From contig NC_079168.1 in the NCBI RefSeq assembly GCF_947568905.1, positions 30,938,001 through 31,002,000 on the forward strand: 64,000 bases of DNA. Reading direction: 5' to 3'. The notes below the pieces were generated by a model. That model was not told the origin of the DNA. It made no database searches and was given only the letters and a program-made list of their open reading frames with translations. A program made the translations under genes and the position numbers. This stretch comes from Ostrea edulis. Its lineage: Eukaryota. Below, piece after piece: positions 46,099 through 58,519 of this stretch (within the stretch, counting starts at the first letter, position 1; the number at the start of each line of letters is the position of its first letter).

Positions 46099-47466
46099 TC
46101 AACTCTTCCGGAATATATTTCTAAAAAATAAAACTTGAAGCAATTTGTAAAATTGAGGAAATTTACCCCTGTATTTCTTCATGAAATAGGGCCTCATGAA
46201 TCTGATCTTCTTGATTGGAATGGGCATGATCTTTTTGTATGAAGGTCTTCTGTAACCTAAGTAGGAGCGCATTCTGTATCCCCCATACTTGGGTTTGTAG
46301 AAAAGTCTTGGCTTAAAGAATCTTTTCACTTTCCTTCCATACCCACTCTTCTTTCCGAATCCACCGCCAAAGCTAGCCCCCGCACTAGCTCTGGATCCTA
46401 CAGACACCCGGGCGCCAACAGAGGCTCCAATGCCGACACCACCTCCAATGCCAATACCGCCTCCAATTCCGACACCACCTCCAATACCGACACCTCCTCC
46501 AATGCCGACACCACCTCCAATGCCGACACCACCCCCAATTCCGGCACCTCCTCCGAATCCCCCGTTACCTCCTCCAATGATGGTGGTGTCGTCGAAATTT
46601 CCAGAAATGCTGCCTGGGTTACCCCCTATGATAGTGGAGTCATCGAATGATCCGCTAATGGAGTTCAGGTTTCCACCTCTGTTGATGATTGTGCTGTCAT
46701 CGAAAGACCCACTGATGCTGTTGATGTTTTGATCTCCAATTATGGTGGTGTCATCGAAATTTCCGTTGATGGTGGAGTCATCGAATGACCCACCAAGGGA
46801 CCCGCCTCCTATGCTGAATCCTCCCCCGACATCGCCTCCAATATCTCCTCCGAAACCTCCCATTCTACCTCCTCCCATACCGCCTCCGATCCCTCCTCCC
46901 ATACTGCCTCCGATACCTCCTCCCATACCGCCTCCGATCCCTCCTCCCATACTGCCTCCGATACCTCCTCCCATACCGCCTCCGATCCCTCCTCCCATAC
47001 CGCCTCCGATACCTCCTCCAATACCACCTCCTACACCAATACCACCTCCTACAGCGGCGCCGACGGACGCTCCGATGGACACATCAGCGGAGGCATGACT
47101 AAGGGCACCACCCCCTATCACTCCGCCATTGTGGTTATCGTGATGACCTCCCTTGCCCATATTGTGGAGACCGATGATTCCTCCTTTTCCGTGTTGACCG
47201 TTGTCAATATGTCCACCATTGAAACTATTATCGAACTGTCCGAACTGTCCAATATCCATTCCAAGATCTACCTGGGTGGATCCGATGTTACCCCCATGAT
47301 GATCGATAATTCCTCCATTTTGATGATGGCCAACCCCGCCACTATTACCCCAGCCCTGGTTTTGGCCACCCACTCCAAGATTGTTGGCTGACGCTCCACC
47401 AATGGTTCTCCAAAGCCCGACGTCGGCCAGGGTCAGGGCGAGAAAAAGGGCGAGCGTTGTCTTCAT
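46099..47466 (-). CDS. Secreted glycine-rich structural protein (shematrin-like architecture), 455 aa, single coding exon
   Basis: Intact 455-codon ORF: signal peptide MKTTLALFLALTLA..., GGG(I/M) and GGGVGI repeats, five FDD(S/T)TI repeats, K/R/Y-rich C-terminus. Acceptor ttaacAG 8 nt before the ATG. Confidence 0.88.
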   Translation of the reverse strand: MKTTLALFLALTLADVGLWRTIGGASANNLGVGGQNQGWGNSGGVGHHQNGGIIDHHGGNIGSTQVDLGMDIGQFGQFDNSFNGGHIDNGQHGKGGIIGLHNMGKGGHHDNHNGGVIGGGALSHASADVSIGASVGAAVGGGIGVGGGIGGGIGGGMGGGIGGGMGGGIGGSMGGGIGGGMGGGIGGSMGGGIGGGMGGGRMGGFGGDIGGDVGGGFSIGGGSLGGSFDDSTINGNFDDTTIIGDQNINSISGSFDDSTIINRGGNLNSISGSFDDSTIIGGNPGSISGNFDDTTIIGGGNGGFGGGAGIGGGVGIGGGVGIGGGVGIGGGVGIGGGIGIGGGVGIGASVGARVSVGSRASAGASFGGGFGKKSGYGRKVKRFFKPRLFYKPKYGGYRMRSYLGYRRPSYKKIMPIPIKKIRFMRPYFMKKYRGKFPQFYKLLQVLFFRNIFRKS

Positions 47467-48695
47467 TGTAATACCTGTTAACGAAATGTGCAGTCTAGTA
47501 AGTCTGATGAGCCAATGAACGGTACGCTTTATACACGTTTTCGTTTTAATTTAAGGTATTAATTATGTATACCCGAGGTTGCAGAATTCGCTGGTAAACA
47601 AATATTATCAAACAAAGTCCTTATTGATGTACTTTAGTTAAGAAATAATGATCGCGTTTTCGTGTATGTTGCAGGATAACCTCCTTGGTCTCGAAATGTT
47701 GTTTGAAATATAAAAGCCAACCTCCTTGGTCTCGAAATATTGTTTTGAAATATAAAAGCCGATTCTTTTATATTTCAAACAACATTTCGAGACCAAGGAG
47801 GTTATCTTGCAATATACACGAAAACAAGAACTTTATTTCTATTCTAATACGGCTCGGAAATATGCAGCCGATCGTTTTCCTATATAGCCACGAATTGGGT
47901 CACTGTGACGTCATGACAATTTTCGAAACGGCCTACATTGTTTTTTGCTGACGAAAAGTTCTTCAGTCATTTGTGAATTTGTTTTACAACATGTATTGAT
48001 TGATGTTTTATGATTATCAGTCATCGACTTTATTGTTGCATTAGCAAAATACAAAATGCGAGCGAGATGAGCATCATTTTTCTCATAATCAGTTAATATT
48101 ACGTATGATAGTATATCGCAGAATAATGACCGCGGTATTCCTTTGATCTTTGCAATGACCGTGGTAGAATTTATTGAAAGTGATACACAGACAAATCATA
48201 TGAACATTTTATTTGATCTGAACAGTTCATGTATTTTATTCATATATATTAACAAAGCATTGCTTCCATGGAGATGCGCTCGATAATGAATATTACCAAC
48301 TACAAAATTGCAGTTATTTTTCCCGGGGATTTTCCATACAATGATATTTTAAAAATGCAATTACAATTTTAATTTTTTGAGAAAATTTCTGTGCATTTTT
48401 CTACAACAGCAAAATGGAACTTCATAGCAAAATGGGAGGGTGGTACACATGTTAGAAAAAATCGAAATGAATTTATATCTCTTCACTAAAAATTCCTAAG
48501 CCGATAACTTTCATGTAAATAACCTTGATAGCCAATAGGCACTATAACTCATCCCTCATATAAGTTTCATGTAAAATAAACAGCGCACATGCAAACTTGG
48601 ACCAATTGATAAAATTTAGAGAGACAGGTCAACAAAATGGCAAAATATATCTGGATATTGAAGACAGTTTGGGGTTATCTAAATGCCATCTATAC

Positions 48696-48774
48696 CAATC
48701 AAATTGAAATTAGATCCTTTGACCTGCTCACGTATATACGCGAGCGGATCAAAGGATCTGGTTTAATTAGATTG
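48696..48774. mobile_element. 79-bp hairpin element with 9-bp TSD
   Basis: TSD CATCTATAC at 48687-48695 and 48775-48783; TIR caatctaattaaaccagatc shared with 34932-35040. Confidence 0.85.
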
Positions 48775-49278
48775 CATCTATACGTTATATGATTCCTTTT
48801 AAGTTATTGGGACATTTCATGAATGATGCATGTGAAAAACATGAAATATTTTTGTTATCCACCTTAGAATGTTAATTACTTTTTTTTTTTTATCACCAAT
48901 CCTTAGGAAAATAATATCAAAAGAAAATTATCTTCCTAGCCAACCTTTCTATCTACATGGGGTATATAAATGATCAAACAATGCGTCTAAAAGTGCGCAT
49001 AAAAATCAACAAAATTTTCCAATTAAACTGCTATTAATGCATAAACTCTGTTACACAATTGAAAATATATAATTTCCTGGATCTTTTAAAAAATATCCTC
49101 TTCAGTTCTCTTTAAAACCTCTGTTTCATAGAAACAGGACTCGCATTTGTTAACAAAATTTACAAGATTAAGAAAATATTTTCTACTTGATAAGTTGTTT
49201 CGAAATATTCACTGAATGTGAATACTACCGGTTACCAGATTTGAAAATGAAAAGTAAATTTTGTCGTGAATTAAGATG

Positions 49279-49340
49279 ACTTACCTGCTTGGAGTCCTCT
49301 ACCTGACACACCTACAAATAGGCATGTGCAGCTTTATATA
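49279..49340 (-). promoter_or_regulatory. TATA box and non-coding first exon of the 455-aa glycine-rich gene
   Basis: TATATAAAG at 49340-49332; CAG|GTAAGT donor at 49285/49284; matching acceptor at 47475. Confidence 0.7.
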
Positions 49341-50214
49341 CGCCAAGTCCTGTCTGGCAGCCCGGGTGTGTTGTCATCTTACAGGTGCTAAAATCTGTCA
49401 TGTTAGGTAACAGTTTCTTTGTCCCGGACTAGCCATTTACGTAATACGCCTTGTACGATGTCCGAATCCAGACAGATCTTTCATTGTGTAAGTGAACCGA
49501 TAAAGGCTGGACCAAGTATAAATCTTGAGAACACATTTGTCTCAAAATATTTAACCTTTTAGACATGTGCGCGGTAATTCCGAAATGACCTATAGTGCAC
49601 AATATGCTGAACATCATATATCTGTGACAACGGACCATATTGTGTATTACTATCGTTTTCCTTTTGAAAAAATAAGATTAGTTCAGACATTTTTGGTTTG
49701 CTTTTATAAAGATTTTCTTTCAATGGGTTGCTGTAATATGGGTCAGTTCGGATACTTTTAATATGGGACAATTTTTCCCCCCAGAAATCGGAGTGAATGG
49801 ATTTTATTTTGAACTTAGGTGATTAAAATTTCCTAAAATATGGCCAGTTAAAATCAATTGATAGATTATCATCCCCGCCCGCCCCTCAAAAAAGGGCCCG
49901 TTCCGATTTTTTTTTTTAATTTTCGCAAATATTACGATTACAAACAAACTAGCTTCCCAGTGACATGAGTGAATGATGAAAGTCCCAGAATGTTGGTTTT
50001 ATATCTTCTACCAAAGAGTATTTGAATGTTAACTTGATTAACACTTTGTGTGATGCCTTTTGTCATTTTTTTTCTCGGGGAAATAAAAATTAAGAAATAA
50101 AATCCTCCCACCCGCCCCATTTTTTTGTGACCCCAAATGATAATCTACTAATCAAGTTGAATTGGCCTAAAGTACCGTGTGGAAGGTTCAATTGACGAAA
50201 TTAATTTTATAATT

Positions 50215-52190
50215 CAGAACATAAGGAGTACAAACGCAATTCATAAAAAAGATTGTAAAAATGAAATAACCAATTACAGGCCAATTTCTTTAATTAGTAT
50301 AATTGGGAAGGTAATGGAAAAATGTGTTTATAATCATATGATCAGTTATATATACGAAAACCAAATCCTGTGCAAAAATCAGTTGGGTTTTATTAAAGGC
50401 GATTCCACTGTGAATCAACTTTTGGATATTTCTAACGATATTGGTAAAGCTATTGACCAGGGAAAAGAAGTAAGAGCAGTCTTTTGTGATACCAGTAAAG
50501 CATTCGATAGGGTTTGGCATCGGGGATTAATATTCAAATTACATCAGACAGGTTTCTCAGGTAAAGTTTTATCTTGGTTAGAAGACTATATATCCAATAG
50601 AAGACAAAGGATAGTTATCAACTTCAAAACATCTAAATGGGTTAAAATTAATGCTGGAGTTCCACAAGGTTCAGTTTTAGGACCTGTACTATTTCTCATT
50701 TACATTAATGACATTATCCTTGACATAAAATGTACCATTAGATTATTTGCTGACGATACTACCCTATATATTGTCGTTGACAACCCGCAAAGCGCTAGTG
50801 ATACCCTTAACTGCGATCTTCAAAAGATTCATTTGTGGTCTAGGAAATGGCTCGTTAACTTCAATCCCTCTAAAACAGAATCATTAATAATAAGCAACAA
50901 ACGTACACAAACTTCTCACCCGGATTTGTTCTTTAACAATTGTGTCATAAAAAATGTTGAATGTCATAAGCATCTAGGCGTTACATTTTCCCAAAATGGG
51001 TCATGGTCCTTTCATGTTCATACAGTTCTCTCCAAAGTTCTGTTAGATTAAATATGCTACGGAAAATTTGTCATATATTAGATAGGAAATCATTAGAGAA
51101 GTTTTCTTTTTCTTTTATCAGACCTATTCTTGAATATGCTGACGTAATATGGGATAATATTTCTACTGAAATTGGTCATAAAATCGAACATCTTAATCAA
51201 GAAGCAGCCAGAATCATAAGTAGGGGTACAAAACTTACAAATATACTTAATCTTTACAAAGAATTGGGTTGGGAACCACTTGAAAGCAGAAGGAAAAAAC
51301 ATAAACTTATCCAATTTCACAAAATGGTCCACGGCCTAGTTCCCGAGTACATGTACTTATGTAATCTTGTTCCTCCCAAAACATATGAATCTCACTCGCA
51401 TAACACAAGACAAACTGACAATATTTTACAAACCAAATGTAAAACCACGCAATACAAAAATTCATTTCTGCCCAGTAGTATCTCTCTGTGGAATAGTCTT
51501 CCTGACGATGTGAAAAACAACCCCTCAATATCAAATCTCAAAAGGCATTTGAACATAGATATTAAATCCCCTCCGCCATACTTTCTGACAGGTTCACGAC
51601 AAGCTCAGATTTTACATGCACGTCTACGAATGAATTCCAGTTCATTAAAGTATCATTTATTCACAAAAAATATTGTCGACAGTCCTTTATGCTTATGTGG
51701 TGAAGTAGAAGACAGCAAACATTATCTCTTAGAATGCCCATTGTGCCATCAACTCAGGGCCAGGTATCTTTTAAATCTAACACAATTGTGTAACATTAAC
51801 ACAAATACTCTGCTTTTTGGAAATTCACACTTATCAGTATCTGAAAACATAACTATATTTCAATCAGTACATAAATTTATTACACAAAGTAAAAGATTTG
51901 CTGTGCCCTATAAAACCTGATATATCAGCAATACGTTCGCTTGCATTCTAATATTTGCCTTTTGTATATGTTCTAAATATGTTGAAATATTCACACAACC
52001 CTACCACACATTATCATCACCATTGTTTTATCATTATTTTGTATGTACATGTAAATGACGAATCGCATGTGTATGTTATTGCCATAACCATAACACGATT
52101 CTGATTTACTAGTGTAAAATAGGAGACGGATTTATACAAGTGCTAGCACTTGTTTCCGAATCCTGTTAATTTTAATAAATATAATTTAAA
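50215..52190 (+). mobile_element. 5'-truncated CR1/L2-like LINE (RT and C-terminal Cys domain), frameshifted
   Basis: NYRPISLISIIGKVMEK, FCDTSKAFDRVWHRGL, GVPQGSVLGPVLFLIYIND, LFADD, HLGV; frameshift near 51040; DSPLCLCGEVEDSKHYLLECPLC; 3' UTR ending in AATAAA. Confidence 0.92.
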
Positions 52191-52681
52191 CCAAACGCAA
52201 TTCCTTTCAAAGTCGACGCGTAGTTGAAAAAACACTACGTTGAAAAAAGGCATTTTAGACACAATTTTCAAAAACCAAAGACATTATGTGACAAAGGAAA
52301 ACCTCTACAAATCAAATCAAATCATGACACCTTGACATTCAAGTAAAGTTTCTTCATTTTTAAGAATATTTCTATAACCCGATATTTTTGTACAATGCAT
52401 TGCCTTAGTTCATGGCTGATATCTCCCGATTTGTTTTCTCTGTATTTACTTTACTACTGTACATTGTGCGATTTAGACCTGAAAGCGCCATGACCAGCTA
52501 TTGAAAGATTTTGTTGAAATAGATTAGATGTTTTTCAATATCTTTGAACGTTTTGCAGTTTATAAAACGCAGATATGTTCAGTAGAACTGTCTGATGAGT
52601 ATAAAGGACAATATTGTAATCGTAAGATTTACGTTACAAAACTTGTCATTACAATAACCTCCACCCCAGGTGCTCTAAGTA

Positions 52682-55600
52682 CAGGCCCGTAGGAAGCAAT
52701 TTCACTTGGGGTGGGGGGGGGGGGGGGGGTGGGGGGGGGGGGGGCACCACACCAAAGTAATTTACGACAAAAAAAGTGGGATATCGACAAAACCATTAGT
52801 AAAAAGATAACTGCATAAATATGTGCAAGCATTGAGGTGTACGTCATGTACATAAATCTAATTATGTACATAGAATCTAATTAGTTTCCCAGAAAACCCC
52901 TTAACTTTAATTTTAAGTTTTGTTTGGTTTTTTTGGGAGTGGGGGGGGGGGGTGTTAAGGATTTTTTTAAATCTTTTTTTTTGTTTATATCTTTATCATT
53001 TTGTTATCAATCATTTCTGAGTCATAAGGTATTTAGTACTCAGTAAACTAATTACTTTCCAAAAATCGCCAGTCTGTGTTCACTTTCACTTACGAACTCC
53101 TCAACTATTTTTTCTGGATTCAGTTCATCACTCTCATTTTTATGAACATGCAATAAAAGCAAATTGTTTGTTCGTATTTGGCTCATTGTTGATCTCAGTG
53201 ATGTTTTCAATCTTTTCAAGGCGCTGAATGAGCGCTCACTGGTAGCGTTAGTTGCAGGAAGTACCAAAAATAGTTTGAGAATTTTGAGGATCTCGGCAAA
53301 CAGACTTTTTTCATTTGAATGTCTGAAAAATTCAACCACACTTGGTATATCTGGCGTAAAGTGTTTTGGCAAAACAGTCTTTAACATTATAAGTTGGCAG
53401 TGAAGATCCTTTGGCTTCAAATCGGTATCATATAGGGTCGTGTCAAAATTGAATTCTTCTTCAAACGTTTGACCTGTGCAAGCCTTAATTACGAGGTTTT
53501 CAAGATTAACTTAAGCTTTGTAACCTGATTGGCCAAATCTAGATTTTATGCCAGCTAAAACCAGATCCTCGTAGAAATCTTTCCTATACATATCTGCACA
53601 CGATGAAAAAGTATGTGCTGCTGTCCCATCATCAAGTTTACGAGGAATTTTGCGTTTTCTAGGAAGAACAGGATCATCGATGTTCATCTGTTTTGCTTTT
53701 TCAACAACTTCCTCGTAACACTAAGTGAAGATTGTCTCATCTCGGAGACTTTGCAAAGCACTCATTGTCGTTGATGCCATTTTTTGACCATCACTCGCCA
53801 AGAGATTTGGAGCCTGCAGAGCCCTTGCCAAATTATCACTATAACGTAAAAGTTTTTCACTCAGTAAACACCCAAAGAAGAAATCAAACCTGCACATATA
53901 AGCAGCCACTCCCCTAATTCTGTTTCTCATTTCTACCTCACGCACGTATTGGAGGCTTTCATCCCAAACATTTCTTAGAATTTCATAGTTTGACAAAATG
54001 CTCAAAAATATGTCGGCTTTTATTGTCCATCTTGTGGGACACAAAACCCTTATTCCCGCTGACGTTTTCTCTAGATTTTGGGCATTTTTTAATGTATTGA
54101 AAATCATCTCCCTTCTTGGAGATTCTTTAATCAACTTTGTTATATCCTTTGCAATGTCCAGGATGTCTCTAAGCAACTTACATCCCTTAATAGAATCACT
54201 GCAAGCTAGATTCCTTGTCGAGCAAGAAACTTCAAAATGTTTGTGATTTTAAGCAAATTCTCTCTGTTAGACTTCTTCTCGACTTCGTGCGTCTTTGAAA
54301 TACATTCTCCAACATCTTTAACCTCCTCCTTTATCGTAAACTCCCTTTCCATTGCCTCTTTATGGCAATAACTTTTCTCGTGTGCGGCGAATTTTGTGGT
54401 TGCTTTTTTCCAGTTTTTAAAACCATTTGATATGAAAGCTTTTTCTTTCTTGTGACAACTGAGAGTCTTCTTCTCTTCTGAAATGATTTTATGCAAGGAA
54501 AACAGAATACAACATCTTTGATTTCTACATAATGTAACCAAGACCACCGATCAAACCAGGAGGCATTGAAAGATCTCATCTTTTTACCAAACTTTTTTGC
54601 TGGAAAGAAAATATTCCGTGGCTGATTTGGGGTACTACCGATCTCTGGTGTATGCCATTTTTCATGTACAACCTAGGCCTTTTGAACTGGTATTTCTGAG
54701 ATATCATCTTCTGAAGAAGAAGAAGAAGAATCAATAAAGGAAGCAACCTTAACATGTTTGTCTGTTTCTTTGTTTGCAGTTCCCCCAATTTACCTGTTTC
54801 AATAGACTCCTCATTTGTGTTAGACTCCAAGAGTGGGGAAGGACTATCTTGTGATTGTTTTGGTTCAAATGAGCGATGAGGTTCAGAATCCTCAAAGGAT
54901 GACCTCGAACGGTTTGAAAGAGGTTCCTCATGCTTGTGAATACAGGCAACAAAATGATTAGGTGTCCAACCATCTATTTTTGTAGCAATTGTTTGAGTCC
55001 ACATGATGTGGATAGCATGCTGATATTCTTTAGCATCAGCACGGTCAAGAGGAACAATAAGCTGATTATGATCTTGTCTGTTTACACCAGGGTTTTGCAC
55101 CTCGGGGAAAATCGACATGATTGGTTTCTGCAAAACGTTAGAAGCTACGAACATATGTAAAAGGCTTGAATAGTAACCGTTCTGGGTTGTTTTTATTGTT
55201 TACTTTTGTAACGAAGCAATCAAATCATCAGTAATTAAACACTCTTCTGACAGGGAACTTTCAAAGACATATTGAAGTGAACTTGTGTTTGTGGACATGG
55301 TCACAAAGGTGTTTTCATTCGTGTAGCGCTTCAGGTTTGAAACAAGTTCAAACACAATTCGTACCCTCATTTCCTTAAAATTGTCCTCATGTCCAAACAC
55401 AAAAAAGAGAGAGTACTGAATAAACAATTCCCATCACCATATATCTGAATCGGGATAAGCTCAGAAGGAGCATCATTTGGATAAAGCTCTGAGGAAACTG
55501 CATCTTTTCGAATATTCGAAGTTGGGATATTAGGTATGCTTGTTGGAAGAGGATATTTCTTAAAAATTTGCCCTTTGAGTCTAACAAGAAAACTTAGTGT

Positions 55601-55690
55601 TCCCCATCCTTTTTTCCCCTACATTCCTTGCTTCTTCGTGCACTTTTTCGAAAAATGCCTTTCTTTCGTCCGTCTGGGCATACATTGTGA
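52682..55690 (-). mobile_element. Internally deleted, frameshifted hAT (ZMYM1-like) transposon with N-terminal vertnin-like OTU domain
   Basis: Dimerisation domain LPATNATSERSFSALKRLKTSLRSTMSQ; CFPC TTF-type Zn finger (RSFNASWFDRWSWLHY...); OTU motifs GDGNCLF (55424-55438) and HIMWT...NHF (54951-54959); TIR-like CAGGCCCGTAGGAAG at 52682; partner TIR not found. Confidence 0.85.
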
Positions 55691-57384
55691 AATATAATCA
55701 AAGTTAAAACTGTGCGGAAGGTTGATCTTACACTGATACGATAGTGTCTACTCTTGGACCAAGAATGAAACAAGGTCTTGACAGCCTGAGACTTTACAAG
55801 CTTTGAAAAAGTTGTTACACGTCATGACCTACGTCACATTGGGGGTGTTACGTCACTGATAAATAGTACTTCACACATTGTCGGGTTTACCTTTACCATA
55901 AAAACTGTGATGATAAAAAAAGTCAACAATTCATCATATTAGCTTTACAAAAAGATTTTAAATATATACAAACGTTGAACTGGTATTAGGGCAGTTGGGC
56001 ATAGACATTTTTGTATCAAGACGAAGTTTCTATGAACAAGCTATCTAATGAATTATTAGACCTTGAAAGTTGTCAAGGTCACACATATTAGATACCTTTT
56101 GATCAGTCGTCCCTTGCGAGATTTTTTCACTCGTATGTGTCGTCAACAAATACCGGTAAAGGACTTTAAACGACATTAGTGTCGGGCACTTGGCAAAGGA
56201 ACAGTCACTACATATCATAGTTTTGACGCAGATGCGGAGCTGGGAACGAGAACCGAACCATTACCTCATGATTACGACCTTTTGGATGATGGCCTAAGAA
56301 ATGTTTTGGCATTAAGTTCTTTTCATAATATTTTTTTTTATTTAAGCTAAAGGACAGTCACACTGACTGACTCTGAGTCTCATTGAATTAAATGAACTTT
56401 CTGCTTAAAAATAATTATACATACACTAGATCTATATGTGAATTTTACTATATGAATTTTTTTTTTTTTGGAAAAATATCTATTCTATGGAAGATGGTAG
56501 GTGCCAGGGTATAGAATTAATATTCATTTAACTGGCGGTCGTTACTTAGTATATGGCGGCCGCCAGTTATTCGCCCTCTCTCCCTCTCGTTCAAAGGGGT
56601 ATAACCTAAGTTATTTTCACATGCAATCTAAGATATTGGCGTACTGGCCCCCATTTCACTCTTTTGTGGTAGTAATGAATGGTTAAAATGTAATAATGAA
56701 TTAACTGATGAATTGACGGACAAACGGAGCACCCCTTCCCTCCAAGTTAGAGAGTATGAAATTTTGGCAAAAGAGAAATTTTTAAGTTCCCTTTCTGCTT
56801 GTCAACAATTTTAGAGGACAATTTCTCCTCCAACTGTCCAGACAACTTTTAAAATGATGCTACGTGTCTGCGTACTATTCTAAATATTTCAAAAATAATC
56901 ACTCAACAGTACAAAGTAAATTGTTTTTGAAATTGGCAGCCGCCATGCATACTTCAAACCAGATCACTCCTACACGAGGTACAAACATATGTTCATCACA
57001 GACACTCGACGTTTTAAATATTTACTATAATTTTTTTTTAAAAATTATAAATATTTTTAAAACGTCGAGTGCCTGTGGTTTATAGGGAAGGGTCACAAAA
57101 TATACAAGTAGGTATTGAAAAATAAATTAATAAAGAAATAGTTAGGTGTAAGTAAATTAGTCTAGGAAAAGCAGTCAGCACTTTAACAAACTTTGCCAAT
57201 GATTTTAAAGTTTAAAGAATTACGTGGCATTCATTCATACTTTATTTCCCACGAGAGATTTACATGTAACATATAATAATGTCATATATATACACTGTAC
57301 ATTAGAAGAGTAAACATGACATAGATGGAGATGGTAAGACAGAAAAATCAGGAGAATATATATTGAGTACATGTTAAAGGTAAG

Positions 57385-58350
57385 CTATACCACAGGTAAA
57401 CTCGGTAAACATTATAGGTAAGTTATACCACAGGTAAACTCGGTAAACATATTATAGGTAATTAAGTTATACCACATGTAAACTCGGTAAACATATTATA
57501 GGTAATTAAGTTATACCACAGGTAAACTCGGTAAACATATTATAGGTAATTAAGTTATACCACAGGTAAGCTCAGTAAAATATTATAGGTAATTAAGTTA
57601 TACCACAGGTAAACTCGGTAAACATATTATAGGTAAGTTATACCACAGGTAAACTCGGTAAACATATTATGGGTAATTAAGTTATACCACAGGTAAACTC
57701 GGTAAACATATTATAGGTAATTAAGTTATACCACAGGTAAACTCAGTAAACATATTATAGGTAAGTTATACCACAGGTAAACTCGGTAAATACTAGTATA
57801 TTATAGGTAAGTTATACTACAGGTAAACTCGGTAAACATATTATAGGTAAGTTATACTACAGGTAAACTCGGTAAACATATTATAGGTAATTAAGTTATA
57901 CCACAGGTAAACTCGGTAAACATATTATAGGTAAGTTATACCACAGGTAAACTCGGTAAATATATTATAGGTAAGTTATACCACAGGTAAACTCGTTAAA
58001 CATATTATAGGTAAGTTATACCACAGGTAAACTCGGTAAACATGTTATAGGTAATTAAGTTATACCACAGGTAAACTCGGTAAACATATTATAGGTAATT
58101 AAGTTATACCACAGGTAAACTCGGTAAACATATTATAGGTAAGTTATACCACAGGTAAACTCGGTAAATATATTATAGGTAAGTTATACCACAGGTAAAC
58201 TCGGTAAACATATTATAGGTAATTAAGTAATACCACAGGTAAACTCGGTAAACATATTATAGGTAAGTTATACCACAGGTAAACTCGGTAAGCATATTAT
58301 AGGTAAGTTATACCACAGGTAAACATATTATAGGTAAGTTATACAACAGG
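57385..58350. repeat. 40/44-bp minisatellite, about 23 copies
   Basis: (ataggtaagttataccacaggtaaactcggtaaacatatt)n with +taat variants. Confidence 0.95.
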
Positions 58351-58519
58351 TACCTGATTTAGAGGAAAATGGTTTTTTTCCCCACATCATACGTTATACG
58401 TATATCATACATGAAAATATACATGCACACATCTATATTTACATATACACGTGTATGTTATGCATAACCAGTTAACTTGCAATATTGGGCATAGTGTGAA
58501 ATACGACATTGAGATATCT

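Noticed and set aside
46430-47098. Pro-rich plus-strand ORFs
   Set aside because: Antisense shadows of the Gly-rich coding sequence.
56997-57077. CACAG-ended hairpin as a defined insertion
   Set aside because: Inverted arms are present but there is no convincing TSD.
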